Below the pieces are notes generated by a model. That model searched no databases and was not told where the DNA came from. It saw only the letters and a list, made by a program, of their open reading frames with translations. The position numbers were made by a program, and so were the translations under genes. 24,282 bases of DNA from a virus. The stretch spans positions 1 through 24,282 of IMG/VR virus record IMGVR_UViG_3300028626_000223; one strand, 5' to 3'. Positions 14,720 to 22,646 of the stretch are shown here, in pieces. Each line of letters opens with the position of its first letter. Within the stretch, counting starts at the first letter, position 1.

Positions 14720-15181
14720 TTAGAACAGGCTCTTGAACGTGCAGCGAAGAATGAAGAAGTGAACGACCGCGTCTACTGCAACCCAGTATCCAACATCCAA
14801 ATCGGCTTCAGTCAGCCCTGCGAACGGGCCTATCACGGTGTAGTCATGCTGCCTTAATATGTCATACGCAGTATACCCATACCGGCGAACCGCCCTGATC
14901 GAGTCTGTGGCAACGTCAGGCATCTCGTAGTAAGCGACAATGGTGATAGGGTATTCGTGCATGACAGATTCGGTGTCAGCATAGTTGACCATGTGGTCCC
15001 CGCCTTCCATTGTCGGTATAACGTATGCCCATGGTAACATATGGTTGGCTGCAGGAACAGCCGGCTCTTCGTCCTTCTCCAGAACGCCTAGCAACCCTCC
15101 GAGTGTGGCAGCGTTCGTCTCCAGTAAGGAGATTACCTCGTCTACAACTTTATCAATTTTGTCTGCAGTGTCCCACGCCAT
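14720..15181 (-). CDS. 153-aa tail terminator/completion protein
   Basis: Last neck gene before the tube; LPWAYVIP...YPITIVAYY...FFILRCTF pattern of tail terminators. Confidence 0.65.
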   Translation of the reverse strand: MAWDTADKIDKVVDEVISLLETNAATLGGLLGVLEKDEEPAVPAANHMLPWAYVIPTMEGGDHMVNYADTESVMHEYPITIVAYYEMPDVATDSIRAVRRYGYTAYDILRQHDYTVIGPFAGLTEADLDVGYWVAVDAVVHFFILRCTFKSLF

Positions 15182-15651
15182 TCTCTCTCCCGTATTGCCA
15201 TTGCTTTTCTTACACCGATCTCTGTTCCACGATCTTGGGATGCATTCATCATTGCTTGGAACCGTGCGGGATTAATACCTTTCACTGACCGGGTAACGAC
15301 CCAACGATGAATGAACGAGTAATAGAACTTGAGGGCTTTCTGTTTGGTCGGTGTGATCGGAGCCCCCCGTGGGCCGTAGATACCCGTCCCTTCTGCCAGC
15401 CAGCGGGCATACGGCAGAGCGTTGTAGATCCGAAGCCCGTATCCTCGTTTCTTTTTCTTCCACGACTTGTCGAGATGAGTGAGTTTCTCACCTTTGAACG
15501 ATCTCCATTTCCTGTTGTAAGGGGAGTTCCGGTCAAGTTCTTTGAGGATGCTGTTGGTGATCTGTTCGATGAACACGTTCTCTGTCTTGATCAGTTCTTT
15601 GTCAAGTAACGGTGCCTGTGCTTCAGCAAGAACTCTAACGATGATCTTCAA
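15142..15651 (-). CDS. HK97 gp10-like neck/tail-completion protein (start revised to TTG 15651)
   Basis: Basic protein with NALPYARWLAEGTGIYGP...ITPTKQKALKF...VTRSVKG; the TTG overlaps the upstream stop (TTGA). Confidence 0.7.
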   Translation of the reverse strand: MKIIVRVLAEAQAPLLDKELIKTENVFIEQITNSILKELDRNSPYNRKWRSFKGEKLTHLDKSWKKKKRGYGLRIYNALPYARWLAEGTGIYGPRGAPITPTKQKALKFYYSFIHRWVVTRSVKGINPARFQAMMNASQDRGTEIGVRKAMAIREREWRGTLQTKLIKL

Positions 15652-16118
15652 AACATCTCGCCGCCTTTCAGGAAGAACAGGATGACAAAGATGACGACGG
15701 CAACCAGCACGGAGTTCATAAAGTTGAACAGCCGGTCGGTCCACACCGACGCTCCTCCACGCGAATGCTCGCTTTTCTCAAGGATCTTTACCCGGTCTTC
15801 GATGTCTTTCCATTTGTCTGGGAACCTGCAGTTGTGTTTGACATCTTCAAGGTCGGCAGCATGAGATGCAATAATCTGCATCTGTTCCCGATGCACTTGG
15901 TCCTGTTCATGCATGTGTTCCTCGAACCGGGCGTTCAGTTGTTTGAAGCAGGCAGTCATCGAGGCCATGTCCCGATTCAGCTCAGCAACACCGATCCGGA
16001 TTTCAGTCATGATCTCCTGACTGGTGCATTTGTGAGTCGCGTTCTTCAGGATATCTGCGAATTCGTCGATGTTTGTGATTTCGATTGATTTCGGGTTATC
16101 TAAATCCGCCGCTGCCAA
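15648..16118 (-). CDS. 156-aa coiled-coil protein with one C-terminal transmembrane helix; possible lysis accessory
   Basis: SD AGGAGGT before TTG 16118; heptad-like middle region; hydrophobic FNFMNSVLVAVVIFVILFFL followed by KGG. Confidence 0.6.
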   Translation of the reverse strand: MAAADLDNPKSIEITNIDEFADILKNATHKCTSQEIMTEIRIGVAELNRDMASMTACFKQLNARFEEHMHEQDQVHREQMQIIASHAADLEDVKHNCRFPDKWKDIEDRVKILEKSEHSRGGASVWTDRLFNFMNSVLVAVVIFVILFFLKGGEMF

Positions 16119-16806
16119 ACTGATACCTCCTATACCGTGTGAGCATCATCTCGAGTTCGGGGGTGAAAACCTTCCGATCAACCTCCAGATCAAACATCTG
16201 TGAGTAGTCGCGAACACCAGTGTTCCTGATGGTCTGTGCTTCCTGAAACTTCTTCTTGACGTTGAGGAGGTTTCCTGCAAGTCGTTTGGCAATAATTCTG
16301 ATCTGTTCAAGGTCTTCTGACCCTTCTTCAAACCCTGCCCAGTATTCAATCTTGACGTTCTTGTATCCTTCAAGCGGGACGTTGGTATGGAACCGGACAA
16401 CTCCAAGCCCCTCGTCTTCAAAATACGTAAAGTCCCCGCCAGTGGTTGCACATCGGATCTGTCGCTTCACCCATGATGGCGACGCGGTTTCCATAGCAGT
16501 GTCGGTGTATACTACCGGATCGCCGGTTGCGGATTCCCGCAGGAAAAACAGCCGGTCAGTCTCGGCATACAGATCGCTGTCATACTCAAGGCCGTTCTGC
16601 CCTCTGCCATCATGATACTCTGTGACCAGATGAGAGCCGAAGGTGGGGACTCCACACCAGCGGTGCATCCACCCGGCAATTCCTCTATCGAGTTCTTCCA
16701 CGAAAGATTCCCAGACGGTAGCCGTCATGGTCTTCCCTGCGTCTTTCATGTCGGTAGAGGCGAATCCGGTAAACGCCTCCAGACTCTCACGGTCGAAATA
16801 TATCAT
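16096..16806 (-). CDS. 236-aa head-tail connector/adaptor
   Basis: N-terminal helical hairpin, RWCG...TEYHDGRG, VKIEYWAGF, and C-terminal LTRYRR, typical of gp6/gp15-like adaptors with a beta insertion. Confidence 0.78.
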   Translation of the reverse strand: MIYFDRESLEAFTGFASTDMKDAGKTMTATVWESFVEELDRGIAGWMHRWCGVPTFGSHLVTEYHDGRGQNGLEYDSDLYAETDRLFFLRESATGDPVVYTDTAMETASPSWVKRQIRCATTGGDFTYFEDEGLGVVRFHTNVPLEGYKNVKIEYWAGFEEGSEDLEQIRIIAKRLAGNLLNVKKKFQEAQTIRNTGVRDYSQMFDLEVDRKVFTPELEMMLTRYRRYQFGSGGFR

Positions 16807-16988
16807 GCTGTGGTTACGGCTTTCCAGCCAGTAGATTTCTTAAAGTACAGTATCTCGTTCCCTGGATCTGACGCAATGCTCCCTACAGGTGCGTTGCTGT
16901 CGAGGTCTGCATAGGTGTCTCCAGACCGGACTGTCATGATCCAGATGCCTCCCACTTTCAGATACGTGGAGTTGTAAGGTGCTGGCAT
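16803..16988 (-). CDS. 61-aa small virion (head-associated) protein
   Basis: SD GAGGTGA; APVGSIA...LYFKKSTGW pattern; ATGA coupling to the connector gene. Confidence 0.6.
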   Translation of the reverse strand: MPAPYNSTYLKVGGIWIMTVRSGDTYADLDSNAPVGSIASDPGNEILYFKKSTGWKAVTTA

Positions 16989-16999
16989 CTCCAGTCACC

Positions 17000-17536
17000 T
17001 CACGTTACACTCGGTATTGATCCGGGTGTAGATGGAGCTTTGGTAAAGTCCGGGCCTCTTGGGTCAGGGGGCATTGCTACCCATGTGAACTCAACGTCAG
17101 AGGTCTGGTTGTCTCCAAGGTTGAACGAGTTCATGATATACAGAGTAGATGTGCTGGCATGAGAGGTCGGAGTAGAGCCGAGAGCCCCACGAACAATGCC
17201 AGTCAGAGTCCCGGTAGTTGCTGCTGACCCGGAGTCTGCGCCGACAAAGATAATCTCGTTGTCCCACCGGCAGTAATACCCGCCAGACTTCCGTGCTCCT
17301 GCAACCCCTCCAGTATATGCAATGGAAGTCGCAGTAGGCGCGATGGTCGCAGACTCTCCTGCGGTCAGGGTGTTCCGGGTGATTGTTGCTGCAGCACCGG
17401 TGTTGAGTCGGGCACAGATTACCTGAACCCCGGCGTCGTCAAACACCACGTCGTCGTTCTGTGCAGCACATGCAACGTTCGCGGTTTTGAACTGCACTCC
17501 CACAAGCGGGAATCCGTATTTAGTAACGACTGTCAT
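17000..17536 (-). CDS. 178-aa capsid decoration/minor head protein
   Basis: Directly after the MCP with SD GAGGTGA; Thr/Ala/Gly-rich; contains DNEIIFV...LTGIVRGALGSTPTSH. Confidence 0.62.
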   Translation of the reverse strand: MTVVTKYGFPLVGVQFKTANVACAAQNDDVVFDDAGVQVICARLNTGAAATITRNTLTAGESATIAPTATSIAYTGGVAGARKSGGYYCRWDNEIIFVGADSGSAATTGTLTGIVRGALGSTPTSHASTSTLYIMNSFNLGDNQTSDVEFTWVAMPPDPRGPDFTKAPSTPGSIPSVT

Positions 17537-17541
17537 TCATA

Positions 17542-18873
17542 TCACCTCGTAATCCCGAACACTCCCCCATGGAGAGAGTCGTTTGTAGTAATTGCAGTCT
17601 TGTCAATCAGAGTCTCTGCGGCAGATATCACGAACTTGTCAGACGTGTTGAAGTTTGCAAGTTCTTCGTAGGTATCCTGCCAGAGAGTTCTTCGTGACAT
17701 CAGCCGGGTGTCAATCAGGAAGATGTTCCCGTATGCCCCGGTTGCCATCGGAAGGAATGCGTGCGGGACAAGAGACAGCCCGCCTTCGTTGGGGAACACC
17801 AGATCGAGTTTCTGAACTCCCGGTACAAGAGTCTTGACTGGTTCGCCAACATATCTGATGAAGTCGGTCATCCCCCGTCTAATGAGTCCGAAGGTTGGGA
17901 AATCACAGATGGCGAGGTTGGGCTGAATGCCGTAAAGCACCAGTTGGTTGTAGGTCTGGTCAAGGGATTCGCTCAGCTTCTGGAACGTGTTGCAGTTTGA
18001 AGTGCTGACATCAACATACATCTTTGCGCCGATGGTGCCAGTTCCAACGTTGTTGGTGATAAGCTGGTATGTTCCGGAATACTCGAGGGCTGTTGGTGCA
18101 ACGAACTCGTTTGTGGTAGACTTGATGTTCCGAGTGACACCCAGCATTGCACGTTCACGGAGTGCTCTGATCGCATCCTGTGCCATGTCAACGCGGATTG
18201 CTTTCAGGTCACGGGCAGGAACCTGTGTCAGTCCTGCGAACTTGCTGGCTTTGGTGAGTCGTCCAACCGCATAGAGATACTTGATACTGTCCATCCGGTT
18301 GTAAGACTTCATGTCGGACTCGACCAGAGTCGGGTCTTCTTCGCCGAAAGAGGCACTACCCATGTCTCCATATGGACCGACGGCATCCCAGAGTGCATAC
18401 TTACCCTTGTTGGCTTCAACAGGGATCATTGCCTGATACGGGTATGGCCGCTTGTAGAGGTATGTGACCTGTTCGTCGGCGATGACATGCATCATGTTGC
18501 TGGCGGTAGTTTCTGCCTTACTCACGATCTTGTCAAGATACTGCCGGGTCTGTTTGTCCATCTGTTCCTTGTTGGCCTTGAGGACATGAGCGCACTCCTC
18601 TTTGGTCATATATGGATCAGTGTTCAGAACCGCTTTCTGAATGAGTTCATCAATACCTGGGGGCATCAGCGGCATAAACGCAATCGGGCCGTTGTTACCG
18701 CTCGCCTTTGCAAACCGTCTCTGCACATCTGCTTGGGCTTTTACTATGTTGACCGGGCTACCGTCAGGGATCCCCATCCAGTAAGTTTCTCCGATGATAG
18801 AAACGTCGTCTGCAGATATGTTGTGGAGACCGTTCAGCGACGTGAATCCTACGCTGGATACTTCTCTTACCAT
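17542..18873 (-). CDS. 443-aa HK97-fold major capsid protein with an N-terminal extension of about 119 aa
   Basis: Follows the prohead protease; SD AGGAG; HK97-like core from AETTAS...; C-terminal IFLID...YEELA...KFVISAAETL; probable maturation site K119/A120. Confidence 0.88.
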   Translation of the reverse strand: MVREVSSVGFTSLNGLHNISADDVSIIGETYWMGIPDGSPVNIVKAQADVQRRFAKASGNNGPIAFMPLMPPGIDELIQKAVLNTDPYMTKEECAHVLKANKEQMDKQTRQYLDKIVSKAETTASNMMHVIADEQVTYLYKRPYPYQAMIPVEANKGKYALWDAVGPYGDMGSASFGEEDPTLVESDMKSYNRMDSIKYLYAVGRLTKASKFAGLTQVPARDLKAIRVDMAQDAIRALRERAMLGVTRNIKSTTNEFVAPTALEYSGTYQLITNNVGTGTIGAKMYVDVSTSNCNTFQKLSESLDQTYNQLVLYGIQPNLAICDFPTFGLIRRGMTDFIRYVGEPVKTLVPGVQKLDLVFPNEGGLSLVPHAFLPMATGAYGNIFLIDTRLMSRRTLWQDTYEELANFNTSDKFVISAAETLIDKTAITTNDSLHGGVFGITR

Positions 18874-18877
18874 AGTA

Positions 18878-19318
18878 TCAGGCTCCTATTGCCGCTGCGT
18901 TTGCCTCATATGGGTTATATTCTCCTTCAGATTCAGGGATATAAACCAGCGGGCCGCTCTTGCGGACAATGGTATTCTTCATCTCGTCAACCGCTTTCTT
19001 GAGTTCTGCAACATCGGTTGTCAGTCCATCAAACGCTTTCTTGACGTCGCCAACAGCCTCTTCGACCTTTGCCTTAACAATAGCATCAACGTCTTCGAGC
19101 GTGGCTTTCTTGATATCTTCTGTGATCGCTTCTTCCTTCACTTCTTCAGGTTTGTCAACCGCCGCCTTGACGACGACTGCAAGGTCGCCGATAGCCTTGG
19201 TGATTGTTCCAAGTGAAGCCTCAATAGTATCAAGCCGCTCTTCTGACGTGCCTTTTACAACATCGTCAAGAGGGGTTTCAACTATGGGGTCGTCTGTCTT
19301 CATGGGTTCCGGAACCAT
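18878..19318 (-). CDS. Putative separately translated 146-aa scaffolding protein (internal in-frame start MVPEPMKTDD...)
   Basis: GGTGA-CACA-ATG at the protease/coiled-coil boundary, with a TATA box upstream. Confidence 0.55.
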   Translation of the reverse strand: MVPEPMKTDDPIVETPLDDVVKGTSEERLDTIEASLGTITKAIGDLAVVVKAAVDKPEEVKEEAITEDIKKATLEDVDAIVKAKVEEAVGDVKKAFDGLTTDVAELKKAVDEMKNTIVRKSGPLVYIPESEGEYNPYEANAAAIGA

Positions 19319-19939
19319 TGTGTCACCCTTTAAATATTCATTGCCCGGCCAAGATTTATAAATCAATCCAAGATTTTCAGCAAAAGGAGTATACTCATCT
19401 TCTGCGAGGTGGGATTTGGCAATCTCAAGATACGTGTCCTGATTTACTGCGTTTGTCCCTACAATCGAAATCGACCAGAGATCCAGCGACTTCGTGATGC
19501 ATGGCCCTGACCGCTGGTTTGGAGACACGTGACACTGGCCCGCAGTCTGCTTCCTGCGCCCATAGATAGAAAACTTCGACAGCTCGCCTTTCTCAATCAG
19601 ATCCCATACGTCGTCGGTGTCGTCAGTTTCAAAGATTTCTGCTTCAATATGAGTCTCCCCTGTAGACTTGACCACAGCTTCGATGGCTATGCCTACAGGG
19701 CGTTCGGTGTGTTGAAGGTGAAGAATAGGGTGTTTCATGAAGTTATGAAGCGCCTGCCGCATAGCAGAGGTCTCAATAACTTCGTTCTCTCGATCCGGTT
19801 TGGGGGAAGACACCATCCCCCGGATCCGCCTCCCGTTTCCAGTCGGTTTGAAATCAATCTGGAAGTGAAAAGGCACTGATTTTATTATTGTCTTTAGGTC
19901 GTTGGGGTTCTCCGAGGACATACCATTCTGTTGGGTCAA
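18878..19939 (-). CDS. HK97-type prohead protease fused to a C-terminal scaffolding domain
   Basis: IRGMVSS..PDRENEVI, PILHLQH..PVG, GELSKFSIYG, LWSISIVG..AVNQD motifs, then an acidic coiled-coil. The start is TTG 19939 (SD GGAGG) or ATG 19921. Confidence 0.88.
   Translation of the reverse strand: MTQQNGMSSENPNDLKTIIKSVPFHFQIDFKPTGNGRRIRGMVSSPKPDRENEVIETSAMRQALHNFMKHPILHLQHTERPVGIAIEAVVKSTGETHIEAEIFETDDTDDVWDLIEKGELSKFSIYGRRKQTAGQCHVSPNQRSGPCITKSLDLWSISIVGTNAVNQDTYLEIAKSHLAEDEYTPFAENLGLIYKSWPGNEYLKGDTMVPEPMKTDDPIVETPLDDVVKGTSEERLDTIEASLGTITKAIGDLAVVVKAAVDKPEEVKEEAITEDIKKATLEDVDAIVKAKVEEAVGDVKKAFDGLTTDVAELKKAVDEMKNTIVRKSGPLVYIPESEGEYNPYEANAAAIGA
19355..19362 (-). promoter_or_regulatory. Internal TATA box TTTATAAA within the protease gene
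   Basis: A start site about 25 nt downstream would fall near 19333, just before the SD (19323-19327) and ATG 19318. Confidence 0.5.
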
Positions 19940-20390
19940 AGTGATCCTCCCACACTACCGGATAATAAGCGTCAGGGTTGGCTGCACAGACAAAGTGCCA
20001 GATCATGTGCCCGATCCTGCTTCGCCAATACGGTACTGTTGTGAATAATAAAAGGTTCATTTTAAGCCAATTAACGTATGCTTGTTTGTACCCGTCATCC
20101 ACAACCCCGTCCATCTCGGCATCTTCTATTAGTTGGGCAATGACAATGGCGTTCAGATCCTGTGCCATGTCCATCATCTTGTTGTAGTCGTGATGAGACT
20201 CGTCAAACAGTTTGATGATATCCCCATCTACTTCAATGCCTTTGAAGAACTCCAACAGAGGACGGATTGCTTCGTCAAGTTCTTTCACATACCCATACGT
20301 TTTCGTGACGGTCTTCTTCCCTTCCGGAGTGTTGATGACAACTTCATACTCGCGGATCTCACGTTTATATTTCGCGGGTTCTTCGGTCAT
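19854..20390 (-). CDS. 178-aa hypothetical protein, related to 20387-21055
   Basis: SD GGAGGT and ATGA coupling; shared motifs WLKM...WRSRIG and FDPTEWYVLG. Confidence 0.7.
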   Translation of the reverse strand: MTEEPAKYKREIREYEVVINTPEGKKTVTKTYGYVKELDEAIRPLLEFFKGIEVDGDIIKLFDESHHDYNKMMDMAQDLNAIVIAQLIEDAEMDGVVDDGYKQAYVNWLKMNLLLFTTVPYWRSRIGHMIWHFVCAANPDAYYPVVWEDHFDPTEWYVLGEPQRPKDNNKISAFSLPD

Positions 20391-21055
20391 CCCATACCTC
20401 CACGAATCTTGTTCTGCACATATCCACGGCCTACAGGATACCAGTTCTTCGGTTCATAACTTGCGTCAATGACCCACTCATTCCGCCGTTCGATCAGAGC
20501 GTTATAGAACCAGTTCGTGCATTCTTCCACGAAGTCAGAAGAGTCATATCGTTTGATGAACTCTTTTATCAGAGCATCTATCCACGGTTTCGTTCTCATC
20601 CGCTGATCGTTCTCGTCCCACCACTTATGCAGTTTCCAGAAATATAGAACTCGGTCTTCCCGAGATTTGCACGCCTGCCATTTTGCAGGGTCGAGCATTG
20701 TTACAGACAACCATGCCCCCATCCGTTCACGATATGCAGAGTCCTGTTTCATCTTGACAAGGACATAGAATATCATCTTGAGATACACGCGGCGTTCAAT
20801 GAACGACGGTTTGAACTCACCGTTCTCGATTTTATACTGGAGTTCGTCAGCAAGCGATTTGAGCAGGTCGTAGTTTGGAGGGTTGCCTTCACCGTCATCC
20901 TGCATCCACTCGCGACGAAACTCCATCTCTTCGAGTTTCTCAAGCGGGACTTCGTCGCCGTTGCGGATATGCTCAACAAGCACCCGCATGATTCCGGAAT
21001 CTTTGATGTGGTATAACCAGCCCTCTTTGTTCGTCCATCGGTTCGGCAAATGCAT
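20387..21055 (-). CDS. 222-aa Trp-rich helical hypothetical protein
   Basis: Long ORF in the operon orientation; motifs YLKM...YRERMG and YEPKNWYPVG. Confidence 0.72.
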   Translation of the reverse strand: MHLPNRWTNKEGWLYHIKDSGIMRVLVEHIRNGDEVPLEKLEEMEFRREWMQDDGEGNPPNYDLLKSLADELQYKIENGEFKPSFIERRVYLKMIFYVLVKMKQDSAYRERMGAWLSVTMLDPAKWQACKSREDRVLYFWKLHKWWDENDQRMRTKPWIDALIKEFIKRYDSSDFVEECTNWFYNALIERRNEWVIDASYEPKNWYPVGRGYVQNKIRGGMG

Positions 21056-21094
21056 GGGTATACGTGTGGGCCAGAAGAATAAAAAGAATGGGGT

Positions 21095-21406
21095 TCAGAT
21101 CTCGACGTCGCCGGAACACCCGAAGAACCGTCTCCAGACGGTCTGGGCTCCCCGCTGAATGAAGATGATCAGAACAAGGTTGGTGGCAAAATAGGACGAA
21201 AGTGTCTCCAGTGTTATCTCTGCCCCCTGCACGGAGAAGTATACTCCGACAGCTCCGGCGTATGCAACCGTCACGCCGAGCACCGGCAGGCTGAACTTTA
21301 CCGTCTCTTTCGTCGGATCAAAGTACTGAGTGACCCACCAGTAGAATCCAAACCATACTCCTGATAGAAGGGACAGAAGCAGAGGGTATAGTTGTTCGAT
21401 TGACAT
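21095..21406 (-). CDS. 103-aa membrane protein with about three transmembrane helices; holin-like
   Basis: Three hydrophobic stretches and a short basic C-terminus (WRRFF). Confidence 0.6.
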   Translation of the reverse strand: MSIEQLYPLLLSLLSGVWFGFYWWVTQYFDPTKETVKFSLPVLGVTVAYAGAVGVYFSVQGAEITLETLSSYFATNLVLIIFIQRGAQTVWRRFFGCSGDVEI

Positions 21407-21429
21407 TTGGAAAAGATGAGATACATGGG

Positions 21430-21436
21430 TATTTAA
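21430..21436 (-). promoter_or_regulatory. TATA-like TTAAATA about 27 nt upstream of the holin-like ATG (possible leaderless transcript)
   Basis: Intergenic, spacing fits a start at the ATG, and no SD is present. Confidence 0.35.
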
Positions 21437-21449
21437 CCCTGTGCCGGAT

Positions 21450-22148
21450 TTACATTACGCCAACGTGTTCTGATATAATGTTATCAGGCGTGCTGTTGTT
21501 TGTAATGTTCTCCTGCAGCGACGTGTCGTTGAAGATGAACACATTGCTGAAACTGGTGAACGCAAACTCTGGTCTTACTATTGCTCCGCCGGTAATGTTG
21601 GTTCCAACACCAGCATGATCAGTACCGGTTGTCCGGTATCGGTATGTTGATCCCATCGTCTGCCGCATTGCATCAACAGAATACTTGACGTCTCTGAACA
21701 GGCTGCCTGCACCCGCCCACTGAACCTGCTGCCCCATATCAAGGTCAAGCCCGTTCGCGGTCTTCGCGGTCTCCATCTCAGTTATTGGGAGAACGCCGTA
21801 ATGAGACACAAGAACGCTTTGATGCGGGTCAGACCCTTCTATGTTAAGCGACTCTGAAAACACCCCTCCATTATCGAACCGGGAATATCCGGTCTGGTTG
21901 TAGAAGTTCCCTGCTTCTGCATCCTGATACTCCTTGGTCTGATACTGGAACTCGCCCGGGGCGGTAAGTAAAACACTCCCTGCGTTCCCGCCAACAGTAG
22001 TGTTATCAATCGACGACCCCCAGTTGATATCCGCCGATCTGATTATTGCCCCTACACCCTGCGCAGAAAAGGTGCTTGATACTGTCGCTCCAAGGACAGG
22101 GGTAAGAATAAGGAGAGACGTGAGTATTATTGCCCAGACTACCTTCAT
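21450..22148 (-). CDS. 232-aa secreted protein with a signal peptide and 7 N-glycosylation sequons (start revised to ATG 22148)
   Basis: MKVVWAIILTSLLILTPVLGA signal peptide; sequons NTT, NQT, NIT, NDT, NIT, NNS, NST; no C-terminal anchor seen. Confidence 0.75.
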   Translation of the reverse strand: MKVVWAIILTSLLILTPVLGATVSSTFSAQGVGAIIRSADINWGSSIDNTTVGGNAGSVLLTAPGEFQYQTKEYQDAEAGNFYNQTGYSRFDNGGVFSESLNIEGSDPHQSVLVSHYGVLPITEMETAKTANGLDLDMGQQVQWAGAGSLFRDVKYSVDAMRQTMGSTYRYRTTGTDHAGVGTNITGGAIVRPEFAFTSFSNVFIFNDTSLQENITNNSTPDNIISEHVGVM

Positions 22149-22282
22149 CGTTTCCCCGTGAATACACACCGGATCTCTGTCGCTTTAGACATGAACCATG
22201 CCTTGAACCCAGTTGGTTTCCGTTTCCCTTTTTCTTCTGCATCAAGCGGTTTCTCAAACACGCTGTCGTCAAACGGTGACAT
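22145..22282 (-). CDS. 45-aa small protein MSPFDDSVFEKPLDAEEKGKRKPTGFKAWFMSKATEIRCVFTGKR (not in the ORF track)
   Basis: GGAG 4 nt before the ATG; the stop overlaps the secreted-protein start (ATGA); fills an otherwise empty gap. Confidence 0.6.
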   Translation of the reverse strand: MSPFDDSVFEKPLDAEEKGKRKPTGFKAWFMSKATEIRCVFTGKR

Positions 22283-22349
22283 GCTGCTCCATTGGTTTTT
22301 AAAATCTATTACTCTTTGTGCTAGGCTCTTGGGAGGAACTTGTGAAATA

Positions 22350-22646
22350 TCAGGTTCCTACGGATGATTTGCTTACCCGTGTCGCCTGTGCCCATCCAAG
22401 AATATTTTCACCCTCGTCGTAATTCGCGTTTAAATACGCTTGAATCGCTGCCTCTGACTCATAGACTGCCGGTAACACCCAGTTGATCCGGACAGACTCA
22501 TACTGCCATTCAGTATACTCGTTGCCCATGTCGTCAGTCTTTGTTACACTGGCAATGTCCCAGTTGACTAAAATGTCCAGTTTGCCGCGTTTCAGTGTCC
22601 CGAAATCAGGGGTTATGGTTTGTGGTTCGATGTTGCTCACGGTCAT
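22350..22646 (-). CDS. 98-aa tail fibre partner/assembly protein
   Basis: SD GGAGG; ATGA-coupled to the fibre gene; acidic, of the size typical for fibre chaperones. Confidence 0.6.
   Translation of the reverse strand: MTVSNIEPQTITPDFGTLKRGKLDILVNWDIASVTKTDDMGNEYTEWQYESVRINWVLPAVYESEAAIQAYLNANYDEGENILGWAQATRVSKSSVGT

Noticed and set aside
15652-15744. ORF-track start 15744 for the neck protein
   Set aside because: It overlaps the TM-coding end of the upstream gene; homology-like sequence begins at TTG 15651.
18487-19879. Plus-strand ORFs opposite the MCP and protease (18487-19002, 18794-19216, 18960-19361, 19529-19879)
   Set aside because: Antisense shadows of strongly supported genes.
22297-22304. 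TTTTAAAA as a promoter for the 45-aa ORF
   Set aside because: It is only about 18 nt from the ATG, so the predicted start site would fall inside the ORF.
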